The notes: generated by a model not told the origin, from the sequence alone. Counted from the first letter of the whole stretch, positions 1 through 9,865 are shown. The stretch: 61,394 nt of DNA, filler included, from 6 parts of 6 records of this genome joined end to end with filler, not necessarily neighbours in it, one strand, 5' to 3'. A program made the numbers and translations.

Positions 1-252
1 GATGGTCAGAACGATCACCACCATGGTGGTGGCAAACAGGAACGTCGTGGCCGTCGGGCCCCAGACGTCGCCCGTCACCGAAGCGTCCCAAAGGAAACGC
101 CAATGGTGGAAGGTGAACTCATTGGGAATGAGCGAACCCGGCGGGGCATTGGTGAAGGTATCGATGACGAGGAAGAGATACATCACCGCCAGCGGGGCAC
201 TGAGAATGCCGAGCAGGGCGTAAATGGGCCAGGCGGAAAAATTGCGGGTCAT
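1..252 (-). CDS. carbohydrate ABC transporter permease (MalG-like), N-terminal part, runs off the window edge
   Basis: Read by hand: ATG at 252 after GGAG gives MTRNFSAWPIYALLGILSAPLAVMYLFLVIDTF...FTFHHWRFLW. It is hydrophobic and directly follows a MalF-type permease. Confidence 0.8.
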   Translation of the reverse strand, partial: MTRNFSAWPIYALLGILSAPLAVMYLFLVIDTFTNAPPGSLIPNEFTFHHWRFLWDASVTGDVWGPTATTFLFATTMVVIVLTI

Positions 253-261
253 CTGCGGCTC

Positions 262-1575
262 CTAGAATTCGATCCGCGGCTTGTTGACCAGTTCGTCGAA
301 CCGGAACATGCGCAGATAGAGAATGGAGAGCACCAGGCCGACCGCGACCAGGATCAGCGCCATCGCGGCGCCCATGCCGTATTCGAGATTGCCGGTGTAG
401 TTGTTGAGCGCGGTGTTGAAGGCCTCCAGCGCCCAGACCGTGGTCGTGCTGCCCGGGCCGCCATTGGTGGTGAGCCAGATTCCCTCATATGAGGAGAGCA
501 GGGACAGCGTCTGGTAGGAGGTGACAAACAGGATCGGCCAGCGCAATTGCGGCAGGATGATCCGGCGGATCTGCTGCCAGCGGCTGGCACCATCGACTTC
601 GCTGGCCCAGAGCTGCTGGACGGGAATGGCGCGCAGGGCCCCTGAAAACAGGATCATGCCGAAGGACGCGCCGACGAAGCCGTTGACCAGGATGATCGTC
701 GCCCAGGCCGTGGGGACGGAGCCCTTCATATAGTTGAAGGCGGGGAGGCCGAGCTGGTCGGCAATGACATAGAGGAAGCCGTTGTCCCAGGTGAACCACT
801 TCCACATGACCGCATAGAGCACGACAGGCGTGATGCGGGGCAGGAGCCAGAGTACGCTGAAAAAGCCTGCGCCGGTCTTGGGCAGATAGAATGTGGTGAT
901 GGCCAGGAACAGGCCGACAAACACGTTGAAGGCGAGTGTCGCGGCGACATAGAAAACGGTGTTGAGGACGATGCGGATGGTTTCGGGCCGGTCCAGCAGG
1001 GTCTGGAAATTGCCGCCATCGATCCAGCGCCAGCCGGTATAGCTGGCTTCGGCAATGGTGCTGATAGTCTCGGCCGGCGCGTCGGGCGCCATGCTGGTGA
1101 TCGCGGCCCCCATGTCGGCGCGGCTCGTATAGCGGGTATTGAGGATCGAGCGCTCGAACGGTTCGGTGGCAAGCTTGAGATCGCGAATGCGGGTCGGGCG
1201 TGAAGGCAGGGATTTGAGTGCAGTTTCGAAGCTGCGTGCATCCTCGTAACTCTGGCCCATGAGGCGGGCCTCGATTTCGCCGAGGAACCGGGGTTCAACG
1301 CCGGCATCGGCAGCGGCCGCGAGCGTTTCGGGGGTCACCGAAAAGCTGACCTCGCCCAATGCCGTGACGACATCATTGTCGATACCGGCATTACCCAGGT
1401 CTCGCAGCAGATTGCCGGTGATGACGTGAGAGCCGCCGGAGATACCGGTCGACGTGCTCATATTGGTGAAGGCGAAGACAGTCGTCAGCACCACGGGCAT
1501 GAGAAAGAAGGCAAAGAGCAGCGCAAGCGCCGGGCTGACAAAGCCCAGGCCAAGCAGGCTGGTTCTGGTGCGCAT
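262..1575 (-). CDS. carbohydrate ABC transporter permease (MalF-like) with a large soluble loop
   Basis: EAA-like motif ASEVDGASRWQQIRRIILP and multiple TM segments. Start taken at MRTRTSLL. Confidence 0.88.
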   Translation of the reverse strand: MRTRTSLLGLGFVSPALALLFAFFLMPVVLTTVFAFTNMSTSTGISGGSHVITGNLLRDLGNAGIDNDVVTALGEVSFSVTPETLAAAADAGVEPRFLGEIEARLMGQSYEDARSFETALKSLPSRPTRIRDLKLATEPFERSILNTRYTSRADMGAAITSMAPDAPAETISTIAEASYTGWRWIDGGNFQTLLDRPETIRIVLNTVFYVAATLAFNVFVGLFLAITTFYLPKTGAGFFSVLWLLPRITPVVLYAVMWKWFTWDNGFLYVIADQLGLPAFNYMKGSVPTAWATIILVNGFVGASFGMILFSGALRAIPVQQLWASEVDGASRWQQIRRIILPQLRWPILFVTSYQTLSLLSSYEGIWLTTNGGPGSTTTVWALEAFNTALNNYTGNLEYGMGAAMALILVAVGLVLSILYLRMFRFDELVNKPRIEF

Positions 1576-1596
1576 GAGAGCAGTCTCCAACGGGAG

Positions 1597-1621
1597 CCCG
1601 GGGCGCAATTGGCGCCCCGGG
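1597..1621. terminator. intercistronic GC-rich hairpin after the SBP gene
   Basis: CCCGGGGCGC-AATTG-GCGCCCCGGG, a perfect 10-bp stem between the SBP stop and the permease. Confidence 0.5.
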
Positions 1622-1632
1622 ACAATTGGCGG

Positions 1633-2988
1633 TTAGCGGACGATGATCTTGTCGCCCAGGGCCGAGGTGACTTCGGCTTCCAGCGCATTGACGGCGTCTT
1701 CAACCGAGACGGTGCCGGTCCAGGAGGCTTCGAGGTTCTTGAACATCGCGGTCCAGTAGGGGCCGAACTCGACATCGTTGGGAATGGCCGTGGCGTGCGG
1801 CAGCAGTTCTGTCGTGGCAATGCCGGCCCAACGGTCATTGGCGAAAAGCGGGATCTGGGCTTCGGCGTCGCTCAGTGCGACCTTGCCCGACTTGACCGCG
1901 TGCAGCGCGTTGAAGCGCGGCTCGGAGGCGATGGTGATCAGTTCGGCGGAGATTGCCGCATCATCATCGGTGCCGGCATTGGAGAGCAGGTAAACCAGCG
2001 GATGGCTGATGGTATTGGCCTTGCCGTTTTCATTGCCGGCGGGGATCAGGCTGTACTGCATCTGGCCGAAGAAGTCCTCGACGCCCCACTTGGTTTCCCA
2101 TTCCGACTTGGTCCAGGTGCCGGCATGCCAGAAACCGGCCTGATCGTTGGCGACGGCTTCGTGGAACGCATCCCAGGTCGAGCCAAGATGGGTGGCCGGC
2201 ACAACGCCAGCGTCGGCCGCATCGACGAAGAACTGGAACATGTCAGTCATGGCCTGCTTGTCGAGGACCAGCTTGCCGGTTTCCGCGTCGACCATTTCAC
2301 CGCCGAAGCTGATATAGAACTGCCAGTAGTCCGGGCCGTTGCTGGGGCGCGGCACGAAGCCCTTGCCCGCTTCGACGACACCGGCGTCCTGCATCTTCTT
2401 GGCGTCGTCGATCATGTTGTAGAGCGTGTATTCACCGCTCTGGACCTTGGCAGGCAGGGCCTCGATATCGGCATCGGTCCAGCCGATGGCCTTGAGATTG
2501 GCGCGCGAATAGTAGAACGGGCGCGACTCGGCATCCTGCGGAATGCCCCAGACAACGCCGTCATAGCTGGTGATGTCATAGAGGTTGGAATAGATGGCGT
2601 TGAGCGGCCAGGCGTCGAAATCGACATAGTCCTCGACCGGACGCAGCAGGCCGGACTGCGACCACGGGCCGATATCTTCGTGGCCCGAGATGATGATGTT
2701 GGGCGCGTTGCCTGCCTCGGCGGCCAAGGTTACGGCCTGCTTGAAGTCGTCCCAGCCGGACCAGGCCTGGGTCTCCACAGTGATGTTGAGCTCTTCGCCG
2801 CGAATGGCGGCTTCCCGCTCGAGAATGTCGGCTGCCAGGACAATGTTGTCATAGCGATAGTTGCTGGTGTCGCCGGTCCCGCCAGCCCAAACGGTGATGG
2901 AGTAGTCTTCAGCCTGCGCAGCAAGCATGGTGCCCGAGAGCAGCATTGCCGTGGTGGCGAGCAGTTTCGTCGTCTTGAGAATGGTCAT
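1633..2988 (-). CDS. sugar ABC transporter substrate-binding protein (CUT1 family)
   Basis: Signal peptide MTILKTTKLLATTAMLLSGTMLAAQA, plus AGNAPNII and YDGVVWGIPQD motifs. It lies upstream of two permeases. Confidence 0.88.
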   Translation of the reverse strand: MTILKTTKLLATTAMLLSGTMLAAQAEDYSITVWAGGTGDTSNYRYDNIVLAADILEREAAIRGEELNITVETQAWSGWDDFKQAVTLAAEAGNAPNIIISGHEDIGPWSQSGLLRPVEDYVDFDAWPLNAIYSNLYDITSYDGVVWGIPQDAESRPFYYSRANLKAIGWTDADIEALPAKVQSGEYTLYNMIDDAKKMQDAGVVEAGKGFVPRPSNGPDYWQFYISFGGEMVDAETGKLVLDKQAMTDMFQFFVDAADAGVVPATHLGSTWDAFHEAVANDQAGFWHAGTWTKSEWETKWGVEDFFGQMQYSLIPAGNENGKANTISHPLVYLLSNAGTDDDAAISAELITIASEPRFNALHAVKSGKVALSDAEAQIPLFANDRWAGIATTELLPHATAIPNDVEFGPYWTAMFKNLEASWTGTVSVEDAVNALEAEVTSALGDKIIVR

Positions 2989-3023
2989 GTTTGAAGCCCC
3001 GATAATGCGTCGGATGAATGTCG

Positions 3024-3039
3024 TTGCACGCGCGTGCAA
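3024..3039. promoter_or_regulatory. perfect 16-bp palindrome, LacI-type operator candidate
   Basis: TTGCACGCGCGTGCAA with central CG, about 35 bp upstream of the SBP start. Confidence 0.5.
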
Positions 3040-3228
3040 TGCTTCTTTAGAGGAGGCTTGTGACAGGCGAATAACAGCCGCATGGATGCTCGTGCCGTTT
3101 TCGAAAAATGTGGGAGGAGACAGGCGGCGTCAGGTGGCCGTCTTGTGCAGTCCTGAACAAATTCTATTATTTGCAATGGGTTAAGTGCCTTGACCGGGCG
3201 AAGGCGTCCGTCAAGGCAATGGTTGCCC

Positions 3229-3276
3229 TTGACTCTCATTGCGCTTGAATCAATAGTTCGGTCAGTCACCGAACTA
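3229..3276 (+). promoter_or_regulatory. sigma70-like promoter overlapped by a ROK operator candidate
   Basis: TTGACT-N17-AATAGT, with the inverted repeat TAGTTCGGT-CAGTC-ACCGAACTA (3254-3276) overlapping the -10, just before the ROK gene. Confidence 0.6.
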
Positions 3277-3290
3277 ATTAAGGCGTCGAC

Positions 3291-4505
3291 GTGAGCCAGG
3301 CCATTCGAATTTCGCGGCAGTTTTCCCTTCGCTCTGTCATGGAGGCGATCGTGCAGGGCGGCTCCGTGTCTCGCGCTTCGCTGTCCAAGCAGACGGGCCT
3401 GTCCAAGCAGACCATTTCGGAAATCATGCGCCAGCTCGAAGACGAAGGCTGGGTGCAGGAGACCGGCCGCACCAGCGGGCATGTCGGGCGTACGGCGGTC
3501 ACCTATGAACTGGTACCCTCGGCGGCCTATATCGCGGCGGTCGATCTGGGTGGCACCAAGGTGCGCGTCGCCATTTGCGATTTGTCCAGCCATGTCCTCG
3601 CCGAAGTGACCGAGCCGACTCATTCGGCCGGCGGGCAATCCGTGGTCGCGCAGATTGTCCAGCTCTGCTGGCAGGCGGCGGAGCTGGGTGGCGTGCCGCG
3701 CGACAAGCTGCGCATTGCGGTGGTGGGCGCCCCAGGGGCACCCCAGCCGGAAACCGGGCGCGTCATGCTGGCTCCCAATATTGCCGGTTTTGACCAGATG
3801 GACGTCGCTGGGGCGCTGGAGTCTGCGCTCGGTTTCGAGGCTATGCTGGAAAACGACGTCAACCTGGCAGTGCTTGGTGAGAGTTGGCTTGGCGTGGGTC
3901 AGGGCGTCGACAATCTGGCCTTCATCGCCCTGGGTACGGGTGTGGGCAGCGGTCTGATGCTGAACGGACAATTGGTGCGGGGCGCTACCAATGCGGCTGG
4001 CGAGCTGGGCTTCCTGCCTTTTGGCGCCGACCCGTTCGAGGCGGAATCGCTGCGGGCCGGCGCGTTTGAGCGCGTCGTTGCCTCCCACGGCATCATGGCG
4101 CGCTATCGCGATGCCGTGGGGCACGACGCCACGGTCCCAGCTATTTTCGAGAAGGCCAATGCGGGTGACGCCGACGCGATCAAGGTGCTCGACGATACGG
4201 CGCGCTACCTGGCGCGCGGTATCGGCGCCATCGCTGCCATGGCCAATCCACAAAAGGTCATTCTGGGTGGCTCCATCGGAGCGCGGCCTGAACTGGTCGA
4301 GCGGGTCCGGCAGGTGCTGCCGCTCTGCTTTCCCTACCCGGTCGAGGTCGAGGCCAGCGTCCTGGGCAATCACGCTGCCCTGGTGGGTGCTGCGGCAATC
4401 GGGCTGAGCCATCTGCACAATACGCTGTTCGGCACGGAAACGCCGGAAGCGCGCATCTCGCTGCCGCCCGCCAATGCCGCATCGATGCGCGAGGTGCTCA
4501 AATGA
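3291..4505 (+). CDS. ROK family transcriptional repressor
   Basis: N-terminal HTH (VSRASLSKQTGLSKQTISEIM) and ROK motifs DLGGT, ENDVN, GTGVGSG, AGELG. Confidence 0.9.
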   Translation: MSQAIRISRQFSLRSVMEAIVQGGSVSRASLSKQTGLSKQTISEIMRQLEDEGWVQETGRTSGHVGRTAVTYELVPSAAYIAAVDLGGTKVRVAICDLSSHVLAEVTEPTHSAGGQSVVAQIVQLCWQAAELGGVPRDKLRIAVVGAPGAPQPETGRVMLAPNIAGFDQMDVAGALESALGFEAMLENDVNLAVLGESWLGVGQGVDNLAFIALGTGVGSGLMLNGQLVRGATNAAGELGFLPFGADPFEAESLRAGAFERVVASHGIMARYRDAVGHDATVPAIFEKANAGDADAIKVLDDTARYLARGIGAIAAMANPQKVILGGSIGARPELVERVRQVLPLCFPYPVEVEASVLGNHAALVGAAAIGLSHLHNTLFGTETPEARISLPPANAASMREVLK

Positions 4506-5761
4506 GTGAGACCTTGCACAACCGGCTGCTGGCCGGGCTGGATCGGGACGACGCCATTGATCTGTTGCGCGGTGCGATCGGGTGCAACAGCGTCACCGGC
4601 AACGAGGCCAGCATGGTGGCCTATCTCGATGGGCAGATGCGGGGGCGTGGCCTTGCCGATATCGAGATCGCAGAGTTCCTGCCGGGGCGGCCCAATATCT
4701 GGGGTCGCCGCAAGGGCTCGGGCGGCGGCAAGCGTCTGCAGTTCATCGGTCATACCGATACGGTGCATGTCGAGGGCTGGCGCGAACATTGGGCGGGCGA
4801 CGAACGTGAAGACCCACTTGGCGCGCCGATCATCGATGGTGAAATCTGGGGGCGCGGCGCGGGTGATCTCAAGGCCGGCATCTGCTCGAGCCTGGCGGCG
4901 ATAAGCCTGCTCGACCGGGCCGGCATCCGGCTCAAGGGCGATGTGGATTTCGCCTTTGTAGGCGACGAGGAAAGTGGCGAGCTGGGCAGTGGGGTGTCTG
5001 CCGGGGTCAAGGCGCATGTGGCGCGCATCGCGGCGGGCGAACTGCCGCGCCCCGACTTCGTGGTCTATACCGAGCCCACGCGGCTGGCGGTCTATCCGGC
5101 ACAGATCGGCTTTTTCATCGCCGACATCACCCTTACCGGAAAATCGGCCTATTTCGGTGTGCCCGAGCTTGGGCGCGACGCGCTCAAGGCCGGCCACAAG
5201 GTGATGAGTGCGCTCTGGGCGCATTCGGACGCGATTTCTGCGCGTGCCGAACATGCGCTGGTGGGCAAGGGGTTCCTGCTCATCACCACCCTCAATGGTG
5301 GCGGTTTCATAGCTGTGCCGGAGCGCTGCACGCTGTCCCTGATCCGCAAACTGCTGCCGGGCGAGAGCCTGGATGCGGCGGCCCAGGAGCTGGAAGAGGT
5401 CATTCGTTGTGCGGTGACCGACCCCGAGATTGCCGTTGAAATCGCCTATCCGGCCGGGCGCGATCACGCCCTGGGCGGCACGGCAGCAGAGATCGATCTG
5501 GATCATCCGGCCCTTGCCTTGCTGCAAGAGAGCGTCGGGCAGGCAATGTCCGGTCGCGGTGGCGTCGAGGGGGCGCCGTTCTGGTCGGAAACCCCGTTCT
5601 TCGTGAACGGGCTGGGTATCCCCGCCGTCTATTGCGCGCCTGGGGACATTCGCAACTGCCACACATTCGAAGAGCGCGTCAGCGTCGAGGAATATCTCGC
5701 CGGGGTCGTGGGCTTCGCTGGTTTCATCGCCCGCTATTGCGGGGTGGAAGACGAAAACTAG
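4502..5761 (+). CDS. M20 family metallo-amidohydrolase (ArgE/DapE-like deacylase)
   Basis: GHTDTV, GRGAGDLKAG, DEE, TEPT and C-terminal CHTFEE metal-binding motifs. ATGA overlap with the ROK gene. Confidence 0.88.
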   Translation: MSETLHNRLLAGLDRDDAIDLLRGAIGCNSVTGNEASMVAYLDGQMRGRGLADIEIAEFLPGRPNIWGRRKGSGGGKRLQFIGHTDTVHVEGWREHWAGDEREDPLGAPIIDGEIWGRGAGDLKAGICSSLAAISLLDRAGIRLKGDVDFAFVGDEESGELGSGVSAGVKAHVARIAAGELPRPDFVVYTEPTRLAVYPAQIGFFIADITLTGKSAYFGVPELGRDALKAGHKVMSALWAHSDAISARAEHALVGKGFLLITTLNGGGFIAVPERCTLSLIRKLLPGESLDAAAQELEEVIRCAVTDPEIAVEIAYPAGRDHALGGTAAEIDLDHPALALLQESVGQAMSGRGGVEGAPFWSETPFFVNGLGIPAVYCAPGDIRNCHTFEERVSVEEYLAGVVGFAGFIARYCGVEDEN

Positions 5762-5783
5762 GGAATTTTCAATCAAGGGAGAT

Positions 5784-6848
5784 ATGAACATGAAGACCAC
5801 GACAAAACTGGCGACGGCCCTGCTGGCCGCAACGCTGCTCCATCCGGTTGCGGGCTTTGCCCAGACCGTGGGGCCGAATGGCGAAAGCGCCACGCCGTCC
5901 TCCGACGTTGTTCTTAGCGATGAGGATATCGCGGCCCTTTCGGGCCAGGGCTACAAGGCGGCGCTGCTCTGGCACACCTCGTCAGATTTCATCAACGCGG
6001 TTTCGGCCGGTGCCAATGATGAGTTTGCGCGCGCCGGCGTCGAGGTCGTCGTGACCACCGATGCCGGGTTCGACGCCGCCAAGCAGCGCTCCGACATCGA
6101 GACGGCCCTGTCGGCCGGCCCCAATGTCATCCTGTCGCTACCGCTTGATCCCGTGACTTCGGCTGCTGCCTTCAGGGAAGCCGTGGAGTCGGATGTGGAA
6201 CTGGTGTTCCTCTCCAACCTGCCGGCCGACTATGTGCATGGCACGGACTATGCCGCCATCGTCACCGACGATCTGTTCCAGATGGGCAAACAGGCGGCCG
6301 ACGTGCTGGCCGAGGCCATTGGGGGCGAAGGCGAGGTGGGCTATATCTTCCACGACGCCAGCTACTACGTGACCAATCAGCGCGATCAGGCGTTCAAGAC
6401 GACGATCGAGACCGACTATCCCGATATTTCGATTGTCGCCGAGCAGGGCATTTCCGATCCGGCGCGTGCCGAGGAACTGGCCAGCGCGATGCTGCTGCAG
6501 AACCCCGAGCTCGACGGCATCTATGTGACTTGGGCCGAACCGGCCGATGGGGTACTGGCCGCGCTGCGCGGTGCCGGCAACACCGAAACCAAGGTCGTCA
6601 CGCTCGACCTCTCAGAGCCTATTGCGCTCGACATGGTGCGCGGTGGCAATGTCGCTGGTATCGTAGCCGATGAGGCTTATGAACTGGGCCGCGCCATGGC
6701 TGCGGTTGGACTCAAGGCTCTGCTGGACCAGGAAACGCCGGCTTTTGTGGTGGCGCCCGCGCTGACCGTCACGGCCGACAACGTGGCCGAAGGCTGGCAG
6801 CAGTCGCTGCGTCGCGACGCACCCGCTTCGGTTTTGGCCGCACAGTAA
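5784..6848 (+). CDS. monosaccharide ABC transporter substrate-binding protein (RbsB-like)
   Basis: Signal peptide ending AFA and periplasmic sugar-binding features (DAAKQRSDIE, QRDQAF). Confidence 0.85.
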   Translation: MNMKTTTKLATALLAATLLHPVAGFAQTVGPNGESATPSSDVVLSDEDIAALSGQGYKAALLWHTSSDFINAVSAGANDEFARAGVEVVVTTDAGFDAAKQRSDIETALSAGPNVILSLPLDPVTSAAAFREAVESDVELVFLSNLPADYVHGTDYAAIVTDDLFQMGKQAADVLAEAIGGEGEVGYIFHDASYYVTNQRDQAFKTTIETDYPDISIVAEQGISDPARAEELASAMLLQNPELDGIYVTWAEPADGVLAALRGAGNTETKVVTLDLSEPIALDMVRGGNVAGIVADEAYELGRAMAAVGLKALLDQETPAFVVAPALTVTADNVAEGWQQSLRRDAPASVLAAQ

Positions 6849-6908
6849 TCTCTCCCGGGGCGGGGGCAATCGTGCTCCCGCCTCAACCCCGATTTTCACG
6901 AGGCCGCC

Positions 6909-7901
6909 ATGACCGCGCCCCAGTCCGCCGCTCCTTCGACGCCTACGCTGCTGGCCCGCCTGTCCGGCGCCAATCTACAGCAATATGTCGTCTATGTCGG
7001 TTTCCTCGCCATCTTCCTGTTCTTTGCGGTGGTGCTGCGCGACAGCGGCTTCCTGACCCAGAGGAACCTGGTCAACATCATCCTGCAGACCGCGCCGGTG
7101 ACGATCATGGCGATCGGCCTGGTCTTTGCCCTTTCGGCTGGCGAGATCGACCTTTCGATCGGCTCCACTGTTGCTGTTTCCGCGCTTGGCGGGGCCATGG
7201 CCATGGCGGCATTTCCGCAGGCGGCGCTGCTGGCTGGGATTGCTGCCGGACTTGGCATGGGGCTGCTGGTCGGGCTGGTCAATGGGGCGCTGGTCGCCTA
7301 TCTGCGGCTGCCCTCATTCCTCGTGACGCTGGCGACGATGGGCCTGTTTGCCGGTGTCGCGCGTTCGCTCACCCAATTGCGCTCCATTCCGGTGACCGAC
7401 CCGGTGTTCACGGGCCTGTTCGGCTCAGGCAGTCTGTTCGGTATTCCTTCGCTGGTCATTTGGACAATTGCGGCGGTGGCCATCGGTCACTTCATCTTCC
7501 GGCAGACCAAATATGGTGCCCATGTGCTGGCGACGGGTGACAATGCGCGGGCAGCCATGGTCACCGGCATCAAGGTGCCGCGGGTCCGGCTCTCGGTCTT
7601 CCTGATCAGTGGCGCCATGGCGGGGCTCGCCGGGCTGCTCTATTCGGGACGGTTGCAGGCGGCGAAATATACGCTGGGCGAAACCGACCTGATGACGGTG
7701 ATTGCCGCGGTGATTGTCGGCGGCACGCTGCTCAATGGTGGCAAGGGCTCGGTCATCGGAGCGCTGGTGGGCTCGCTGATGATGGGCATGCTCAACAATG
7801 GGCTGATCCTGATGGGGCTGTCCGTTTCCGACCAGATGATCGTGCGCGGTCTCATCATCCTTGTCGCGGTCGCGGTCTCGCTGCGCGAAACCTCCCGCTA
7901 G
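6909..7901 (+). CDS. monosaccharide ABC transporter permease (RbsC-like)
   Basis: GEIDLSIGS, LPSFLVTL, ATGDN and IAAVIVGGT motifs. Confidence 0.9.
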   Translation: MTAPQSAAPSTPTLLARLSGANLQQYVVYVGFLAIFLFFAVVLRDSGFLTQRNLVNIILQTAPVTIMAIGLVFALSAGEIDLSIGSTVAVSALGGAMAMAAFPQAALLAGIAAGLGMGLLVGLVNGALVAYLRLPSFLVTLATMGLFAGVARSLTQLRSIPVTDPVFTGLFGSGSLFGIPSLVIWTIAAVAIGHFIFRQTKYGAHVLATGDNARAAMVTGIKVPRVRLSVFLISGAMAGLAGLLYSGRLQAAKYTLGETDLMTVIAAVIVGGTLLNGGKGSVIGALVGSLMMGMLNNGLILMGLSVSDQMIVRGLIILVAVAVSLRETSR

Positions 7902-7911
7902 GAGTTCAGCC

Positions 7912-9111
7912 ATGTTTCTCGATGTTCTTCGCCGCCGCAACCCGACCTTTGTTGAAGCGGCCATGGCGCTGCATCAAGCGGGCAAGATACCGGCCAATGC
8001 CTATGTGCTCGATCTCGACGCGGTTGAGGCCAATGCGCGGGTGCTCAAGACCGAAGCGGATAAATATGGCCTTAAGATCTTTGCCATGACCAAGCAGGTG
8101 GGGCGTTCGTCCAGCTTCTGCCAGGCGGTGCAGCGTGGCGGCATCGAAAAGTCGGTGGCAGTCGACATGGCCTGCGCCCGCGCCACTCACAACGCCGGGA
8201 TGCCGGTGGGCCATCTGGGGCATCTGCAGCAGGTGGCGCGAGCCGAGGCCGACGCAGCAGCCGCAACCTTCCGGCCGGATTACTGGACGGTGTTCAACGC
8301 CGAAAAGGCGCATGAGGCGGGCCAGGCGGCGCACAGGGCCGGGTATCGGCAGAATTTGCTCGCCCGCATCAAGGCGGAGGGCGATACTTTCTATCGCGGC
8401 CATGAGGGCGGGTTCGAGGCAGCCGACATCGTGGGCATCGCTGAGGGGCTGGACCGGGTCGAGGGTGGGCGCTTTGCCGGGATCACCACTTTCCCCGCGC
8501 TGCTGTTCGACCACGAGACGCGCAAGGTCAAACCGACGCCGAACCTGACGACCCTGTCGCGTGCGGCTGAAGCGCTGCACAAGGCTGGGCGGCGCGATGT
8601 CGAGATCAATGCGCCGGGCACCACATCATCAGTGTTGCTGCAGGGATTGGCGGAAGCCGGGGCAACGCAGTGCGAGCCGGGCAATGGGCTGCATGGCACG
8701 ACGGCGCTGCATGTGATGGAAGATCTGCCGGAACTGCCGGCGGTGCTCTACCTCACCGAGGTGTCGCATTTGTCGGACGGCAAGGCCTATTGCCTGGGTG
8801 GCGGGTTCTATATCGATCCGATCTTCCCCAATTATCCGGTCAAGGCCATCGTTTCGCGCGAGCCGACGACGGCCGCGGGCGCGTTGCGCGAGGTGGAAAT
8901 TCCGCCCCCGTCGGCCATCGACTATTACGCGATGATCGATGCTGAAGGTCCTGCCGCACCGCGACCCGGCGACACGGCGGTGTTCGGGTTCCGCGGGCAG
9001 GCCTTTGTCACGCGCGCCTATGTCGTGGGGGTTTCCGGTATCTCTACCGGCACTCCCAAGGTCGAAACCATTGAAGACAGCTTTGGCCGCACAGCCGCCT
9101 GGCCGGTATAG
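7912..9111 (+). CDS. YhfX-like PLP-dependent enzyme (alanine racemase fold)
   Basis: ATG after GGAG, MFLDVLRRRNP, AMTKQ (PLP lysine), GHLGHLQQ, GHEGGF, INAPGTTS, EPGNGLHGTT and YLTEVSH. Confidence 0.8.
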   Translation: MFLDVLRRRNPTFVEAAMALHQAGKIPANAYVLDLDAVEANARVLKTEADKYGLKIFAMTKQVGRSSSFCQAVQRGGIEKSVAVDMACARATHNAGMPVGHLGHLQQVARAEADAAAATFRPDYWTVFNAEKAHEAGQAAHRAGYRQNLLARIKAEGDTFYRGHEGGFEAADIVGIAEGLDRVEGGRFAGITTFPALLFDHETRKVKPTPNLTTLSRAAEALHKAGRRDVEINAPGTTSSVLLQGLAEAGATQCEPGNGLHGTTALHVMEDLPELPAVLYLTEVSHLSDGKAYCLGGGFYIDPIFPNYPVKAIVSREPTTAAGALREVEIPPPSAIDYYAMIDAEGPAAPRPGDTAVFGFRGQAFVTRAYVVGVSGISTGTPKVETIEDSFGRTAAWPV

Positions 9112-9122
9112 GAGACAATGAC

Positions 9123-9863
9123 ATGACCCAACCGGTTCTGGCCCTCAACAATATCCGCAAGAGCTTTGGTGGCGTCGTTGCCATCGAGGATTTCAGCCTC
9201 ACCATCGAGCCGGGCGAGATCGTCGCATTGGTTGGTGACAATGGCGCGGGCAAATCCACGCTGATCAAGATAATCTCCGGCGTACATGCCCCGAGTTCGG
9301 GCACCATCGTCATCGAAGGGGAAAGCGTTGCCATGTCGAGCGCGACCAAGGCGCGCGAGCATGGCATCGAGGTCGTCTATCAGGACCTGGCGCTGGCCGA
9401 TCAGCAATCGGTCTATATGAACCTGTTCCTCGGGCGCGAGGTCACCAAAGGGCTGCTCGGGCAGCTCGATCGCAAGACTATGATCTCGGAAACCCAGCGC
9501 CTGGTGGACGAGCTGGATGTGCGTATTCCATCGCCACACGCCACAATCCGCGATCTATCGGGTGGGCAGCGGCAGGGCATCGCTATTGCCCGGGCGACGC
9601 GCTGGGCCAAGAAGCTGATCCTGCTCGATGAACCGACGGCGGCGCTGGGCGTCGCGGAAACGGCCAAGGTCGAAAAGATCGTGGCCGGGCTCAAGGCGCG
9701 CAATATCGGTGTCCTGATCATCAGCCATAGTCTGGATCAGGTATTTCGCCTGTCGGACCGCATCTGCGTGCTGCGGCGCGGCAAGCAGATCGGCATCCGC
9801 AAGACAGCGGACACCGACAAGAACGAGATCGTCTCCATGATCACCGGGCTGAGCGTGGCATAG
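9123..9863 (+). CDS. sugar ABC transporter ATP-binding protein (single NBD)
   Basis: Walker A GDNGAGKS, signature LSGGQRQ, Walker B LLDEPT. Confidence 0.92.
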   Translation: MTQPVLALNNIRKSFGGVVAIEDFSLTIEPGEIVALVGDNGAGKSTLIKIISGVHAPSSGTIVIEGESVAMSSATKAREHGIEVVYQDLALADQQSVYMNLFLGREVTKGLLGQLDRKTMISETQRLVDELDVRIPSPHATIRDLSGGQRQGIAIARATRWAKKLILLDEPTAALGVAETAKVEKIVAGLKARNIGVLIISHSLDQVFRLSDRICVLRRGKQIGIRKTADTDKNEIVSMITGLSVA

Positions 9864-9865
9864 CG

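Noticed and set aside
1426-5893. Long ORFs 1426..2994(+), 2985..4418(-) and 4370..5893(-)
   Set aside because: Antisense shadows of the SBP, ROK and M20 genes. They are typical of high-GC DNA and have no recognisable motifs.
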